Positions 1 to 13,745 are shown, numbered from the stretch's first letter. The stretch is DNA of 64,000 nt from Azolla caroliniana (GCA_043228905.1 JBHGNT010000021.1:9610001-9674000); one strand, 5' to 3'. A program made the numbers and translations. The notes: generated from the letters alone by a model not told the origin.

Positions 1-2497
1 CTCCGGATATGACCAATTCCAATTGGCGATTGATAGTCGTGACATTACAACCATGAGGACTCTGATCAGGCTTGTCCGGATGTGTACCTTACCTCAAGGT
101 GCAATGAACTCGGTGCCTCATATGGTGAATGCCATGAACAAGGTCTTGAAGGATTGCATCCCGGACATCACGATGCCATTTTTGGATGATATTCCAATAA
201 AAGGATGTTCGGATGAAGAGAAGAATGAATCAAAAGATAAGGAAGGGTGTAGAAAGTTCGTCGCGGATCATATGAAAGATTGTGAGAAGGTGCTCCAAAG
301 GCTCAAAGATGCGAATTTGACATTTTCGGGAGAGAAATCCACATTCGGGTAACCAGAGATCTTGGTGGTAGGTCACTTATGTGGAGCATACAGCCGGAAG
401 CCTTCACCATCAAAGGTGAACACGATCCAGGACATGATAGAAGAATGCGTAAACCAAATGGAGGTTCGAAGGTTCCTTGGAGCATGTGCATTTTACCATA
501 TATGGATTCTGCACTACGCTCATGTCACCGAGCTATTATATGGATTGTTAAAGAAAAGAGTGAAGTTCGAATGGCGTGACGAGCACACGAACGCGATGCG
601 GAGATTGAAGAAACAACTTCTTGAAGCTCCAACACTAAGAAAGGCCGACTATACCGAAGGAAAGCTGATTTATGTGACTGTAGATACGAGCCCAACCGGA
701 ATTGGGTGGGTCATCAACCAAGAAGGAGAAGATAATGCGTTGTATGCCATCCGGTTCGGAGCAAAAGTTCTCAGGGAACGACAACAAAGATACACCCAAG
801 TCAAGTGGGAACTTTGGGGTATTGTGTCGGTAGTGAAGACGAACAAAGATTACCTGATCGGGTCGGAAGTGATAATAGAGATAGATTGTCTCCCAATCCT
901 CGGAATGATATCAGGATGTGCGACCCCAGATTTAGCTATGCTAAGGTGGATCGCCTATATCAAGTCTTTAAGCCCAGAGATTCGCCACATTGCAAGCAAG
1001 AAGAACGCCATGGCTGAAATGCTGTCAAGGGCAAGATTTGAAAGTGAAAATGACATGGTTTTGGAAGATGAAGATGTCACCCTTGACTTCTTCAAGATGG
1101 CTCGATTATCGGCGGAAGACAAGGACACGCTAACCCTCCACGCCTTCAACGAGGACGAGTATGAAGGAGAGTGGTTACTAATCGGTAGATTCTTAAGAAC
1201 AATGACAACGAATGCTTCGTTGACAAAGGAGGAGGCTCTACGAATCCGGAAGAAAGCTTATCGATACTTCCTGAAGGGAGGATTCCTTTGGCGACACCCA
1301 AAAAGAAGGATGGGAATACCACGCCGAGTGGTGGTGAAGAAAGAAGTGCAAGTGACGCTGATGACCAAATTCCACGAGAGTGCTTGGGCAGGTCATAGAG
1401 GAACATGGGCGACGTTCAAAAAGTTGAAGGAAAAGTACTGGTGGCCAAGCATGTACAAAGATGTACTCCATTTCGTGTCCACATGCGAAACTTGCCAAGT
1501 ACATTCCAACATACGTCATCGTGATGAGCTACGACCGACATACCCGCTCACCATACACTTCAAATGGATGGTGGATCCGGTCTCAATGCCAATGGGAGTG
1601 GGACAAATAAAGTACTTAGCTCTGGCAAGAGAAGACTTGACAAATCAAGTGGAAGGACGGGCTTTGACAAATAAGACGACGTTGGCTGTTTACAAATTTC
1701 TACTCGAAGAGGTTGTCTGCCGATACGGATGTGTGGGAAAGATAGTCGCCGACCGAGGGGAGTTGGATGCACACGAAGCAATAGAGCTTTTCGAATGACT
1801 AGACGTGAAGCTCTCCCTCACGACTGCCTACAATCCAAAAGCGAATGGGAAGATCGAGCGAGGGCATGGACCTATCGTTAAAGCCATCATACGAGCATGC
1901 AACGGTCGAGTAGGGAATTGGCCACAACTATTGCCCTATGCCTTGTGGGCCGAGAGAACGACACACAGCTCGGTGACGGGGTATATGCCAACGGAGCTTA
2001 TGTATGGACAAAAGCCGGTAATGCCCATCGAAAGGACGATTGCCTCATGGGTAGCGATACCATCGGAGAACGAGATGAGCCGAGAAGAGTTATTAGTGGC
2101 ACGGATAAGGCAACTTCAAGATCTAGAAAAAGCGCGAAAGATGTTGGAGGCAGCCCGAGTGAAGAACAAAATTCGGTTCGACAAGACGCATTGACTACAT
2201 CCCAAGAAGATTGAAGAAGGAGATTGGGTATTGGTCTACGACAACAACCTTGACAATCAACACAATACAACAAGAAAGTTTGCAATAAGATGGTTCGGGC
2301 CATATGTGGTGTTAAGTGCCAATGACAATGCCACATACCACCTTGCGGAGCTAGATGGATCAAGGATGGCCATACCCATTGCGGGAAAAAGAGTAAAGGT
2401 TTTCAAGAAAAGACAAGACGAGGATCCTGACCTCGATCACCTCGACGATGAAGATAATACGACAGATGTGAATGAGGACATGGAGGAATCTAATTGA
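1..2497 (+). pseudogene. pol: Gypsy pol of A (RT C-terminal part, RNase H, integrase) broken by in-frame stops
   Basis: ORFs 23-352, 362-1798, 1805-2194 and 2231-2497 lie in one frame separated by stops; TLPQGAMNSVPHM, MPFLDDIPIKG, GHRG...CETCQ, WFGPY. Confidence 0.92.
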
Positions 2498-2569
2498 TCA
2501 CCATAGCCAAAATCTCAAACTCTCTCTTCTTGGCACGTACTAGAGGACGTGCAGTTTGGTGGGGGTGGA

Positions 2570-3678
2570 TGTCGTGGAGATTTTCGGCAATGGTGTGAAA
2601 ATCACATAAAACTACAAAAAGATGGAGGTCTTGAAGAGCTTTTAGATGCACTTTACTACATAAGAAATATACATCTAAGTGTCAACTTATGTGGGTAGGA
2701 AATTTGCAAAGACAAAGAGAAAATAAAAATGTGAGATATCCCACATAGACATGATAAATAAGGATCTCACCACATATAAGGTAGAGCAAAAGCTATTATC
2801 TTTGTGTCTATGTGTGGAGCATAGTGAGTTCAAAGTGACTTGAACTAAGCTATTGGATGAATGGGTGTGGCTTGGCTACTTGCAAAGCTTTTGGCCAACC
2901 AAAACCGGACCGGTGACAGAGCTGGTGAGCCGGCAACGTAACCGAGATCCGACGATTGGATGGTAACCGACATTCGACGACGGAACCAGGATCTCACGTC
3001 CGGCGACAGAATCGGACGGTAACCAGCATTTGGCGATGCAACCGTCATCTGGCAACCGAACGGTTACCGAGATCTAGATGGATAAATAAATAAATAAATA
3101 AATATACGTATACACAAGGAGGGAAAGTAAGATTTGAACCTTACACCTCCAAGTTAAGAGTCAATAGGCTTACCACTAAGCCAACACATTTTCTTGGAAT
3201 TATATTTTTATCATTGTATCTTTACATGTAATTTCTCATACATTAGAGCTAAAATGAGTGACATGGTTATCATGCACCACATGTAATACATGAGCGCCAA
3301 ATGGCAAACATGCATTTTATGCATGTCTTGTACCCTCACATGCAGGAAGGCATGTATAAAAGAGGGGAGGAAAAAGATGAAAGGGCTAATGATTTTTTTT
3401 TGGATGATCAAATAAGAGACTTGTAACCCTATTGTTGATGCATCTTCTCTCTCAAATCTAAAATCAAGAGTTAAATCTTAATTTCAGTATCTCTCTCTCG
3501 CCATATCAATCTCTCTCAACCTTAAGTAAAGTGTTTAAATCTCATATTAATCTCAATATCTCTCAATCTATCTTAAAAACCTTTCTCGTTAAAGCTAGTG
3601 CAAACTTCGAATCCTTCCGGTTCAGGACCCCGGTGGTTTCGCCTCGCGATCCGCACATAGTGACGAAACTTCACGACA
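2570..3678 (+). repeat. 3' LTR of A
   Basis: Follows the PPT; inverted termini; TATAAAA near 3355; right flank CCGG. Confidence 0.9.
3125..3185 (-). promoter_or_regulatory. tRNA(Lys)-like Pol III A/B-box cassette inside LTR A, antisense to the LTR
   Basis: Minus strand TGGCTTAGTGG-N32-GGTTCAAATCT; D-like stem GGCTT/AAGCC; CTCTTAA anticodon-like loop; stem GTAAG/CTTAC. Confidence 0.7.
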
Positions 3679-5825
3679 CCGGGAGCCTGCTAGTGATCGC
3701 TCTAGCATGGGCCCACATATATCTGTGTGGACGAGCTCTAGGGGTTGTTGTACTGTCTCATAGTGGAGAGAGTGCGGACTTCGGGTCTGTTTCCCATATC
3801 GACAATGCTCGTAGAAGTGTGTCTTTGCCTGGAGTTTCGGGAGGTAGCTAATCGACATCAGCCGATCAAGTCCGACTTGAGACATATGGCTGAGTCGGCC
3901 ATGCCATAAGTTTGGGTCGGTCTTTTCGGCTACGTTCACGACCCCTTTAGGGTTGATCACCATCAATGGGTACAAACTGTTTCCCATATTGACAATGCTC
4001 GTAGAAGTCCGTCTTTGCCTGGAGTTTCGGGAGGTAGCTAATCGACATCACTCGATCAAGTCCGGCTTGAGACATATGGCCGAGTCGGCCATGCCATAAG
4101 TTTGGGTCGGTCTTTTCGGCTACGTTCACGGCCTCTTGAAGGTTGATCGCCATCAATGGGTACAGATTGTTGTACTTGTACCCACTCCCGATTTTTAGGT
4201 TTCCCCGACTGATCACCCATGTCGACTCGTGTAGAGTCATTCTGTGCTTGTCTTCGGCTAACATGCCGATGGAGACCAGATTCCTCTTTAGATCGGGTAT
4301 GTGCCGAACTCGGTGTAGGGTTATTGTGTTGCCATTTGGCAATCTGATGGGAACTTCTCCAGTTCCTGCAATCTTGCACTCCTACCCATTGCCTAGTCGG
4401 ACTGTGGCGCTAGCTTTGGCTGAATAGTTCGAAAACCATTTGATGTTGGGGGTCACGTGAAATGTGGCACTAGAGTCCAGTAACCACATATGTGCCACTT
4501 GTGCACTGTAGAGGACTTCTCCAATCACCGAGTCCTCTAGAGAGAGGATCTCTCCGGATCGGGTGTCGGCAACATTGATCTGGTTGCCCACTGGGGAGTG
4601 GTCCGAGTCGAAATGTCCCCGATTCCACTCGGATCACTGACCACTCTCTTTTCTTTTTATTGACCAACAGTCAAATACGTTGTGGCTAGCTTTCCTGCAG
4701 TGTGTGCAGTACTCACTTGTTCGGCCTGTTCTCGACTTTGATCGTTGTTGGTCACCCCTTGTTTTCGATCGGCTGTAGTGTCAACCAATTCTGTGGTTCG
4801 AACGACTCGGTCGAGTGATGGGCTTCTGCCAACTCATCGATGGTTAGGCCCATCGATTTTTGCCTGATGTCCTCTGTGAGGACTTGGCCGGTTGTTTTGT
4901 CCAGATTTAGGATCGGTCGGCTATTGGTGTAAGTCGTACAGAATACCTCCCAAATTGCCGACAAGCTTGATAGGAGGGCAAGGGATTTCACTTCTTCTTC
5001 GAAGTTGATCCCTTGTGACGAGAGCTCTGACAACACCTTGCTGAAGGTGTTGATGTGGGAGGTTGCCAGATCGGTCTCTTTCATCTTCATGTTCAACAAT
5101 TGTTTGATCAAGATAAGTTTTGAAGATAGGACTTCTTCTCATATATGACATGTAATTTCTCCCACAATGAGAACGTTGTTGTCTCTTTTGCCATGCTGAA
5201 ATAGATGTTTTCAGCCAGATGCATTCGGACGGTGGAGCGTGCTATTTCGTCCATTGATCTCCACTCTTTTGCTGTCATCGAAGCACGCTTTTCGTTATGC
5301 TGAATGGCTTCGACCTGTCTTTGGATAATCAACACATCCTGCATCATCTCTTTCCACAGGGCAAAGTTTTTGCCGTCGAGCTTTCTGATTTCAACTCCTG
5401 TTCCGGATGTTGAAGCCATATTCTTTCTGTGAATTTGGTGTTTCTGACCTGGTCTTTTCTTTCAGCTTCTTCTTTTGTTATCTATTGCCGCCGCACAATA
5501 GAACACAACTCTGATACCAATTGTTGGTGAATGTGTCGACAATTATGCGGAAGTGTGTGTTCGGATCGTTTGGCTATGAACAACAAACAACGTAAACAGA
5601 AAGTAGAAAGAGAAAATTGAGACTTACATAGTTATGAGCTTTAATAGAAAGCTTCTTATTTCTGCACAACGCGTTTTTCTCTCTCTCTCTCTCAGAGATT
5701 ATGATCGTCTTTCTTCGTCATCCATTACAATGTTAGGTATTCGCTTATATACTAAACCCTAACCTATTGTCGAGTTCACACTCGGATGGATACAAGGTGG
5801 AAGGATTCGACCTTTTATGCCAACA
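3679..5825 (-). mobile_element. Ty1/Copia element B, 5' half (LTR, PBS, gag, protease, pre-integrase), degenerate; inserted in Copia C
   Basis: LTR 5522-5825 TGTTGG...CCAACA; tRNA-iMet PBS TGGTATCAGAG 5509-5519 (minus); gag KLDGKNFALWK; WLLDSSATFHVT; LWHGRLGHMS; LELVHTDICGP. Confidence 0.9.
3788..4165 (-). repeat. 190-bp tandem duplication of the GAG-pre-integrase segment in B
   Basis: TGTTTCCCATAT recurs at 3788 and 3978 with near-identical following sequence; LWHGRL.HMSQ is translated twice. Confidence 0.9.
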
Positions 5826-6499
5826 CTATCTCTATTTCGGCGGATTTCGGGTCGAGCGGAGTCGGAGTCGAAGTTGTCTCTGGTGTGTACTAGGATGCAG
5901 ACTCATCGAAAACGACATCTCGAGTTACTCGAGCTTTTCGAGTCGTGGGGTTATAGCACTTGTACCCCTTTTGCTCTAGTGAGTATCCTACGAGGATACA
6001 TTTCTCCAACTTTGGGTCAAGCTTTTGTCACTTCTCGTTGGGGATGTGCACGTATGCAATGGAGCCGAATATCCGAACACGTCATATATCCGGCTTCTTC
6101 CCGAAAAACTTCTCGTGCGGAGTAAGTTCGTGCACACAATGATTCATGAGATAGACGGTTGTGTTGGCGGCTTCTACCTAGTACGAATTCGGCATGTGCT
6201 TCTCGTTAAGCATAGCCCATGCTACTTTGAGGATATGCCGATTCTTTCGTTTGGCTACTCCGTTTTGTTCGGTGTGTGTCGACATGAAAACTCCTGCTTG
6301 ATTCCTTCTTTCTGAAGAAAAGCCGAAAATTCATCAGAGAAGTACTCTTTTCCTCCATCTGACCGAAGACATCGTAAATGTCAGCCTGTGGCTTTCTTGA
6401 CTTCATTCTTAAATTTTTGGAAGTGTTCGAACACTTCGCTCTTTTTCCGCATGGGGTAGATCTAGGTATGCCTGGAGAAATCGTCGATGAATGTTACAT

Positions 6500-7115
6500 T
6501 GTCGTGAAGAAAACCGGCCAGAAGCGGAATCGGTTTCCCACACCAATTATTACCTTGTACATAACCAGGAGTAGGAGGATGGGTGTAGATAGACTAGATG
6601 TGACGTATTGAATGTCTTGGAAATCAAAGAGTATCTCTGTCCGAAAGGACAGAGAATAAATTGATGAAAACGAGGGTGCAACGGCCTGCCTCGACGGCCT
6701 ATAAAAGGGAAGGAAGAAGGCGGATGAAGAAATGGCGTTTAGGAGCGAGGACGAAGTGTTGTCGGACTGGGACCGAGCTCTTTCCTCCATTGTTCGTCAT
6801 TCTCTGCAGGATTTCGGACTAAGTTGCCTCTGCTTTGTGGACAGCCTGTGTGCTTCTGGCAGAGGCTCCACAGTGCAGTCGGGGCTATGTGCGTGCGTGA
6901 GCATTGTGCGTGTGGGTGTTCGCCCGAGTTGGGTCCGTTGCCGGCTTGCCAGTTGTAATCGTTATTGATTTTGTAATTAAGACTTTGCTCTCTTTCTCTT
7001 CCTCCCTCTGTGTTTCTGCAAGCTGCTCTCTCTCTCCCTTCTTTCTCACGCTCCTTGGTCCAAGGCCCCCGTGGTCCTGCCTCTTTCCACACGCGAAGAG
7101 CGTAACAATTCGACA
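6500..7115 (+). repeat. Solo LTR D (TGTCG...CGACA lineage)
   Basis: Inverted termini; 4-bp TSD ACAT (6496-6499 and 7116-7119); CTATAAAA near 6699; 3' end similar to F LTR. Confidence 0.9.
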
Positions 7116-8419
7116 ACATAGTATCGGCATCCGCCGACTATGAATTACGTCGAGTACGCCTTTACTCAGGTTCCTCTCCTTCGGAACTGGGTGCCGATGT
7201 TGTTCGCCGAATTGGAAAGCGGCACACACTCCTTCAATCTCTCTCTCCTTGAATGTCGGGAGCCCAATGATGACTCCTTTCGATTCCATTACTTCGAGCT
7301 TTTGGAGGTTGATGTGGCCAATTCGCTTGTGCCACAACTCTATGTCGGTGTCGACTTTGGTGCCTTTTGCAAACATGGCCGATTTTATCCCGTGCGAGTC
7401 GAGAATGAACATTCGGTCCTCTCTTCGTCCGCAAGCAATGAGGCGACCCTCTTGCTCAATGAAGCAACCACCTTGCATCCATTGCTCAACAATTTGGTCG
7501 GCGGAGACCAAATTCTTCATAATGGTGGTACATGCAATACATTCTTAATATAAGTTTGCTTACCTTCTTTTCCGAATGGAACATTGTCAATGTGCCGAAT
7601 CGGATGAGTAGTGTCGTCTCCCGTTTTGACATAGTCGGGTCGTTCCGGCTCTCGAAGTTCTCGGAACCATTCTTGATGAGACGTCATATGGTTCGAGGCA
7701 CTGGAGTCGATGAACCATACGTCTTTCGGATCGGAGGCACTAGTGTTAAGTGCCAGGATAACAACACAACCAGCCACGAATAAGAGTGCATCAACAAGGA
7801 TGTAGAGGAAACAACAAGAGGGAAAGAAGCAAAGAGACGTCCAAGTGTGAAAGGCCCATACCCTAAATGTGAAAGCTATATAAACCACATAGTAGTGGAT
7901 TTGTGGGGGTTCTCCCATTTGTAAAGATCTCCTAAGTGATTAAGAGCTAGAAGCTTCCTCTCCTCTTTCTTGTAACCTTTAAGCTTAAGAGAGATTAGTG
8001 AAGTGTTTAGTTAGAGAACACTAATCTCTCTTCCTTGTTGGTTCTAGACCTCTTAGCAAAGAGGGTTAATAAATATATTCATTAATCTTGTTGACTACAT
8101 TCATTACCCCATTGTTTATGAGAGCGAGGTAGAGAGAGTGAGAGAGATATTGTGCCTAATCATCTATAAGTTGTTAAGTGAGTGTGAGGCTTGGAGGTGC
8201 CCTACAACCATCTCCGCCCGATTCGCCATCAAGAGGGTATATGCCGGTCCGAATCCTGCCACGACATCGAGGAGCTTATTCCATCGATACATAGATCCTT
8301 CACATCTATTTGGCGCCGCTGCCGGGGATACGATCGACGCTTGAAGCCTATTTTCGAGTAGTCAAAAACTCGGAGGGAAACCACTTAACGAAGGAAGAAA
8401 TCGCAAGAGAACCACTATT

Positions 8420-8900
8420 TTCTGTTTTTGTCATTATTTCAGAGTTCAATTAAGTTGATTTTTTGTTTTTCTCATTATTTCATAGTTCAATTAAGTTGAT
8501 TTTCTGTTTTTCCTCACTATTTCATAGTTTAATTAAGTTGATTTTTTGTTTTTTCTCACTATTTCATAGTGTAATTAAGTTGATTTTTTGTTTATTCGTT
8601 CGGTTAACACTAAACATTGTGGAGATTGAGCCGTTACAGGGCAAGCGTAACCACCGCGAATCTCGTGGCTTACGATCATCCCACGGGACACGAAACGATA
8701 GTTGGCGCCAAAAAGTTTGAATTTCCCACGCAAAGTTCATTGAAAGAACAGAGTTCACCGAACCTTCATCCTTCGATGAAGATTCATCCTCCTACGAGGA
8801 TTCATCCTCCTACGAGGATTCATCCTTCGACACGATTCATCCTTCGACGACGATTCATCCTTCGACAAACCCTCATAATTCGATGAAAGATTCATTCTTC
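8420..8900 (+). repeat. Short tandem repeats in the E leader (~43-bp unit x4; ~17-18-bp GATTCATCCTYC unit)
   Basis: TTTCATAGTTYAATTAAGTTGATTTT repeated 8420-8590; GATTCATCCT repeated 8760-8900. Confidence 0.85.
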
Positions 8901-9065
8901 GACAAACGTACAAAAGCTTGACCAGAAAACATGGTCGGATCCTCATGGACAGAGATGTTCAAAACCTGACCTGCACGATAGGAGGAGTCCACCCAAACCA
9001 ACCAAACCCACGATGTCGTCCCACCTAACCCGATTCGGTACCACGGAGGGTGGCTAACTCCAGGG

Positions 9066-11500
9066 ATGCTACCAAACATGAACCTCCCATCGAGCCCAGG
9101 AACTAAAGCACCTCTCAACACACCCCCACTACAAGAGAGCCCAATGGTAGACCCACTTAGTGTAGAGCGACACATACGAGATGCAACGCAAGAGTTATGG
9201 GTGATAGAACACGAAATCAATCTATGGACGGTACAACTTGCGAAAGGAGGACAACCGGAAAGCACCACTCGAGATATCGAAGCCGTGTTGGCGGAAAGGA
9301 AGGATAGATTCGCACGAGTGCAACAAAAACTTCACCTCCTAGAAACATCGTTGCACATGCACCACCGAGGTCAGGAGCACAACCCTGTACCACATTCGAG
9401 CACAACGGGTGACAACCCGAACGAAGCCCACACACAACGACACCCGACATCACCACGCATGGGCACAACCCCTACACCCGACCAAGCTACCCCTACACCC
9501 CCAAACGCCGAACTCGCACTAGCGCTACAATCCATCCAAAATCTTGTAGCATTGAGGAAAAAGAGCGAGCACCCACAGAGCATCCGAGAAACCTCACAAA
9601 TGACAACGGGAAGAGTGCTTCCATTTCTAAACTAGTACCCTGTTTCCTCGGTTTCGGCGATGCCTATGATCATGTCGAGAGGTTCAAACATATTTGTCGC
9701 ACTTATGAACCCATCACAGAGATCACCAAGGTAGCCGCATTTGGACTTACACTTGATGACCAAGCCAGAATTTGGTTTCGAACCTTGAATGAAGACATCG
9801 CCGCCGATTTCGAGTATGTCATCGAAGATTTCTTGATAAACTTCGCTCGCCGAGGGAATAAATGGAACCTGATTGACCAACTTTTCGCCCTCAAGCAAGA
9901 AGCGAACAAAACGGTCAGGGACTACATACATCGCACGAAAAGCTTGCACCATCGTTGTATCCCGAGTGACAAGATGTCGTGATGACAAGTTGATGAGCCA
10001 TTTCATTAATGGGTTGTTGATCTGACACTCCAAAATTTCCTGATTGCCAGGATGTGTCGATCATTCGCTGAAGCCTGCACAATAGTGATGACCTTTGAAG
10101 ATTCAATGAGCGGGTTATAGATACCCACTCAAGCACCTACGAACAACCGCGAGAAATCCTCAGAACAACCGCTGTAAGTGGTGCAAAGCTTTCGTGATGC
10201 ATACACAAGAGAACTGTTGGAAAGCCCCCACCGGAAGGTACGACCAAACGCCAATGGTGGAACACCCATGCTCACCTCCACCACTTAGCTGACCACCACT
10301 ACCAGCGATACTCCCTCAACAACCCCCACTACCACGCATCGGCACCCGCCTCGCCAAATTGGAATATACCACAGATAACCAAACCCAGGTCAGGGCGAGC
10401 ACCCCCAAATATGAAGACTCGTACCGGGAGTATGGCATTGAAGAAGAGGTGTTGTCCCACTTCGTGGACTTCGAAGGTGACCAAATACCAGTGTATGTCC
10501 TGAGAGGGGAACAACGTGGGCCCTCAATGGGATACCACAACAACAATGGTCTAAGGAATTCAGAATTGAAATGTTTCAACTGCCAAGGCCCACATATGGT
10601 TAGCGAGTGCCCAACCAAACATGAATACTACAATCGGATGGCCCAACGACCACGACACCTCCCACTCGACACGCCAATCCACAGTCCTCAAACAACCTGA
10701 AGGACCGCCAGTCGATGTCCACGAAGCTCACTTCGAGAGCGACGATACTAGTTTCACTCTACCAGTCTGCGTCAATGGTAAGACGTGTGACACAATCATT
10801 GACACCGGAGGAGGGGTGAGTACCGCCAGTTACGAATGTTGGTGTAAGTGGGGAGCCCAAAAATGCTTCCTTCAGATGTCAAACTACAAATGGCAGATGG
10901 GTCCATCCAAAGGCCAGAAGGCATGATACTTACGCATCACTTCACTATCCATGGCGTGGAGTTCAATCTCACCTTCGTCATCACAAGATCATCCAACCAT
11001 GTGGCCTACAAGTGCTTACTAGGAAGACCATTCCTACGTATAATCCGCCTGGCAATGGATTTCGGGAACGATATAATCTATATGCGTAAAGACAACAAAA
11101 CCTTCCGCATTAAAGCATACATACAAATAGTGCATGAACAAGAAAGCAACCCTCTCGTAGACGATTGGTCAGAAACCACCGAGTTCGCCGAGTTCGAGAC
11201 CAACCTCCTAGCATGCAACCCCACAAAGACGGTTCAACTCTTGACCAGAGGCCAACCGTTCCCCCAAAAACTCGCTACTTCCAAAGAGGGGAACGTACGT
11301 GAGAGAGACCAATTCGTCGCTTCCGAGATGTCAGAGATGAATTGGGTACACGCTCTCGCCACAACCGACGCAATGTACCCTATAGGTACAAAGTGTTGTG
11401 ATGAGGATGGAGACACAATCTCTTGCTTCAACATCACCACCCTTGGACCTCGGTGAAAAGAAGTAGACGTAAAGGATGAACACCTGGTACAACAAGTCAC
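9066..11500 (+). pseudogene. gag: gag and first aspartic protease of E (frameshifted)
   Basis: Zinc knuckle CFNCQGPHMVSEC; IIDTGGG with DTG at 10801-10809; CLLGRPFL. Confidence 0.85.
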
Positions 11501-12104
11501 ACGTTGTCGTGAAGAATTTCGGCCAGCAGCGGAAACCGGGAAACATTGGCTACTTCGGCGGGGCGCAACGTGTGTACGCACCCATGTACATTTAGTGTGA
11601 ATAACGAGGGCACCTTTATGGCGCCGAAGAGTAGTCAAGTCGGGACAGACGGTCCCATGTAAGTCGGGGTTTATCCCACATTGTAACGCATCCCTGTCCT
11701 TGTTCTATAAAAGGAAGGGAACACCCTTTGTGAAAGGGTTGCCCATTTTACATTAGAGGGTATACCGTTAGGTTTAGAGTTAGTTTCTTCTTCTTCTCCC
11801 CCTTCGTGTTCGCTTAGGGTTTGCTGCAGCTCATCTCCTGCGCAAGACCCCGCTCGGCGCGACGAGCCCGTGAGCTCCCCGACCGGCGGCTTGGCAGCTG
11901 ACGACTGTTGTAAGCTATCTTGGTCCGGCTCGACGCCGGGAATGTATTCTTCTTTTATATATATATATATACGTTTGCGTCTGTCTGTGTAAATTCACGT
12001 CTTCGTTGGTGTCGGGTGTTTCCCCCTTTCCTGCGTTTCTTGTACATAAGGGCGTGAGGCGGGTCAGTGTGTGTGTGTGTGAGTGTGTGTGCGTGAGTCG
12101 GTGT

Positions 12105-12135
<31 letters not shown>

Positions 12136-12272
12136 CCTTCAGTTGCTTCCGGTGTGCTTCTAGGATGCCCCGAAAACGGTGAAGCACGACTTCCTACTCT
12201 CCGTCACTCCCTAGTCCAAGACCCCCGTGGTCCCGCCTTTCTCCATGCACGCGCGTAACAACGTGACATATT

Positions 12273-12290
12273 TGGTGAACCCGACGTGAA
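12273..12290 (+). promoter_or_regulatory. PBS complementary to the 3' end of plant tRNA-Trp
   Basis: Reverse complement TTCACGTCGGGTTCACCA matches the plant tRNA-Trp 3' end as recalled; 4 nt after the LTR. Confidence 0.8.
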
Positions 12291-12305
12291 AGGCGGCAAG
12301 GGAGG

Positions 12306-13745
12306 ATGGAGTCGGAAGACGACGACCTCGCGGAGATGGTGGCCGAAGTGGTGTTGGAGTCGGCACGAGTGATGATGAGGCGAGAAGCAGCGCAACAAGC
12401 GGTTGAGCGAGTGGTCAAAAGAGTCGGCCGTTTTAGCGGGGACAGAGTCCCATCTTACTTGGAAGCCTACAACTCGGAAATGGAGGAGTGCGGCATAGAC
12501 GAGATGTTGAGGCTGGAGTTCTTCTGTCGGGTTGTAGCTGTCCGGATGCATGCGGAAATAAAGGAGCTCCGTGAGGCTCATAGTTCGTGGGAGGCCTTTG
12601 AAGAGGCGTTCTTGAAGGCATATGGAGGACGGCGGAAGAGCCGGGGACGGCACGACTTCGACCAGTGGGTAGCATCGGCAAAGACCCACCGGGGCGTTGC
12701 CAAGGCGTTTCGAGAGTTGGAGCGGCGGCTTGCTCGGCTCCTGGAGCGGGAACAAGGTTTGGTGGGGGCGGACAAGGTCCTATTGTTCGTCAGGTCGATC
12801 GACCGAGCAGAACGGGAGGCCATCGGGATTGAGCTCGAAGACGATGATGGAGCGAATGGGCTTACGGAGGACTGGTCGAAGGTCGGAAGGGTGTGCCAAC
12901 GGCTAGACAATGAGCGAGCCGAGAAGGCTAAGAGGAAGGTACGCGACGGCGTGCCATCACAGCGGGAAGAGGCCGAACGGCAAAGAGAGTTGGCAAGGGT
13001 CGGCATTGGGGCCAGGATTGCGGAGGCGTACGCAGCTCTCGAGGCGATGCTCGAGGAAGAGGAAAGACGGAGGCCGCAAGCCGAGACTGAGAAGACGGAC
13101 TTGCCCCACGCGACGACGGAAGATCGGTACCACGGTACCACGGGAGAGGGTGTGGAACGAAACGCCCTCTCAACTTGCAGAGATAGAACGGCCAAGGACG
13201 AGGCCGAGATACAGATCGCGGAACCGGAACGTTGGGACCAGCGGTTTCGGGCGTGTCAGCCCGAGATCCCGGTCATTGGAGAAGCAAGCCCAGACGGGGC
13301 TTGCGCGATCGGTAAGAAGACGACCGCTGACCACGAAGAGTCGGTGGCTACGGACAAGGGCATAAAACGGACGGGAGATTCTTTGTGTCTTCCCACACTT
13401 GCTCCTGGGACGATGGCAGTCGGGCCCGAGTGCCCACGTGAGTCTCAAGCGGAGGAAGGCGGTGGCGAAAGGCCAAGAATCACCGGCGAGACGATACGGG
13501 GAAGGAACGGACGAAAGCCCACGGACCCGATTCCAGAGAACTCGGAATTCGGGCCCGTATGCCTATGTAAGACCGAGGAGATGGATGGCGGTACCGAGGA
13601 GTCCTGGCATGATGCCAACGAAGATGGATGGGAAACGGCTTGTGAGGAGGCCGAGGAAGGACGCGGCACGAGGACATCAGCATTCCGATATGGGTGGAGC
13701 ATGATCCGGTCGTGGATTGTTCGATCGGGGCTGGATTCGGCATGA
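12306..13745 (+). CDS. gag: Gag-like protein of F (479 aa, open)
   Basis: ATG just after the PBS; capsid-like RFSGDRVPSYLEAY...SWEAFEEAFLKAY; charged C-terminus. Confidence 0.75.
   Translation: MESEDDDLAEMVAEVVLESARVMMRREAAQQAVERVVKRVGRFSGDRVPSYLEAYNSEMEECGIDEMLRLEFFCRVVAVRMHAEIKELREAHSSWEAFEEAFLKAYGGRRKSRGRHDFDQWVASAKTHRGVAKAFRELERRLARLLEREQGLVGADKVLLFVRSIDRAEREAIGIELEDDDGANGLTEDWSKVGRVCQRLDNERAEKAKRKVRDGVPSQREEAERQRELARVGIGARIAEAYAALEAMLEEEERRRPQAETEKTDLPHATTEDRYHGTTGEGVERNALSTCRDRTAKDEAEIQIAEPERWDQRFRACQPEIPVIGEASPDGACAIGKKTTADHEESVATDKGIKRTGDSLCLPTLAPGTMAVGPECPRESQAEEGGGERPRITGETIRGRNGRKPTDPIPENSEFGPVCLCKTEEMDGGTEESWHDANEDGWETACEEAEEGRGTRTSAFRYGWSMIRSWIVRSGLDSA

Larger units (their letters stand above)
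1..3678 (+). mobile_element. Ty3/Gypsy element A (5' part outside window): RT-RH-INT, PPT and 3' LTR; inserted in Copia B
   Basis: pol motifs (FLDD, DTS, HHCC zinc finger, integrase core); PPT GGTGGGGGTGGA 2558-2569; LTR 2570-3678 with TGTCGTG...CACGACA ends; Copia integrase sequence resumes at 3679. Confidence 0.93.

Noticed and set aside
3125-3185. Functional tRNA genes at the A/B-box cassettes
   Set aside because: Acceptor and anticodon stems do not pair properly; reported as tRNA-like regulatory cassettes instead
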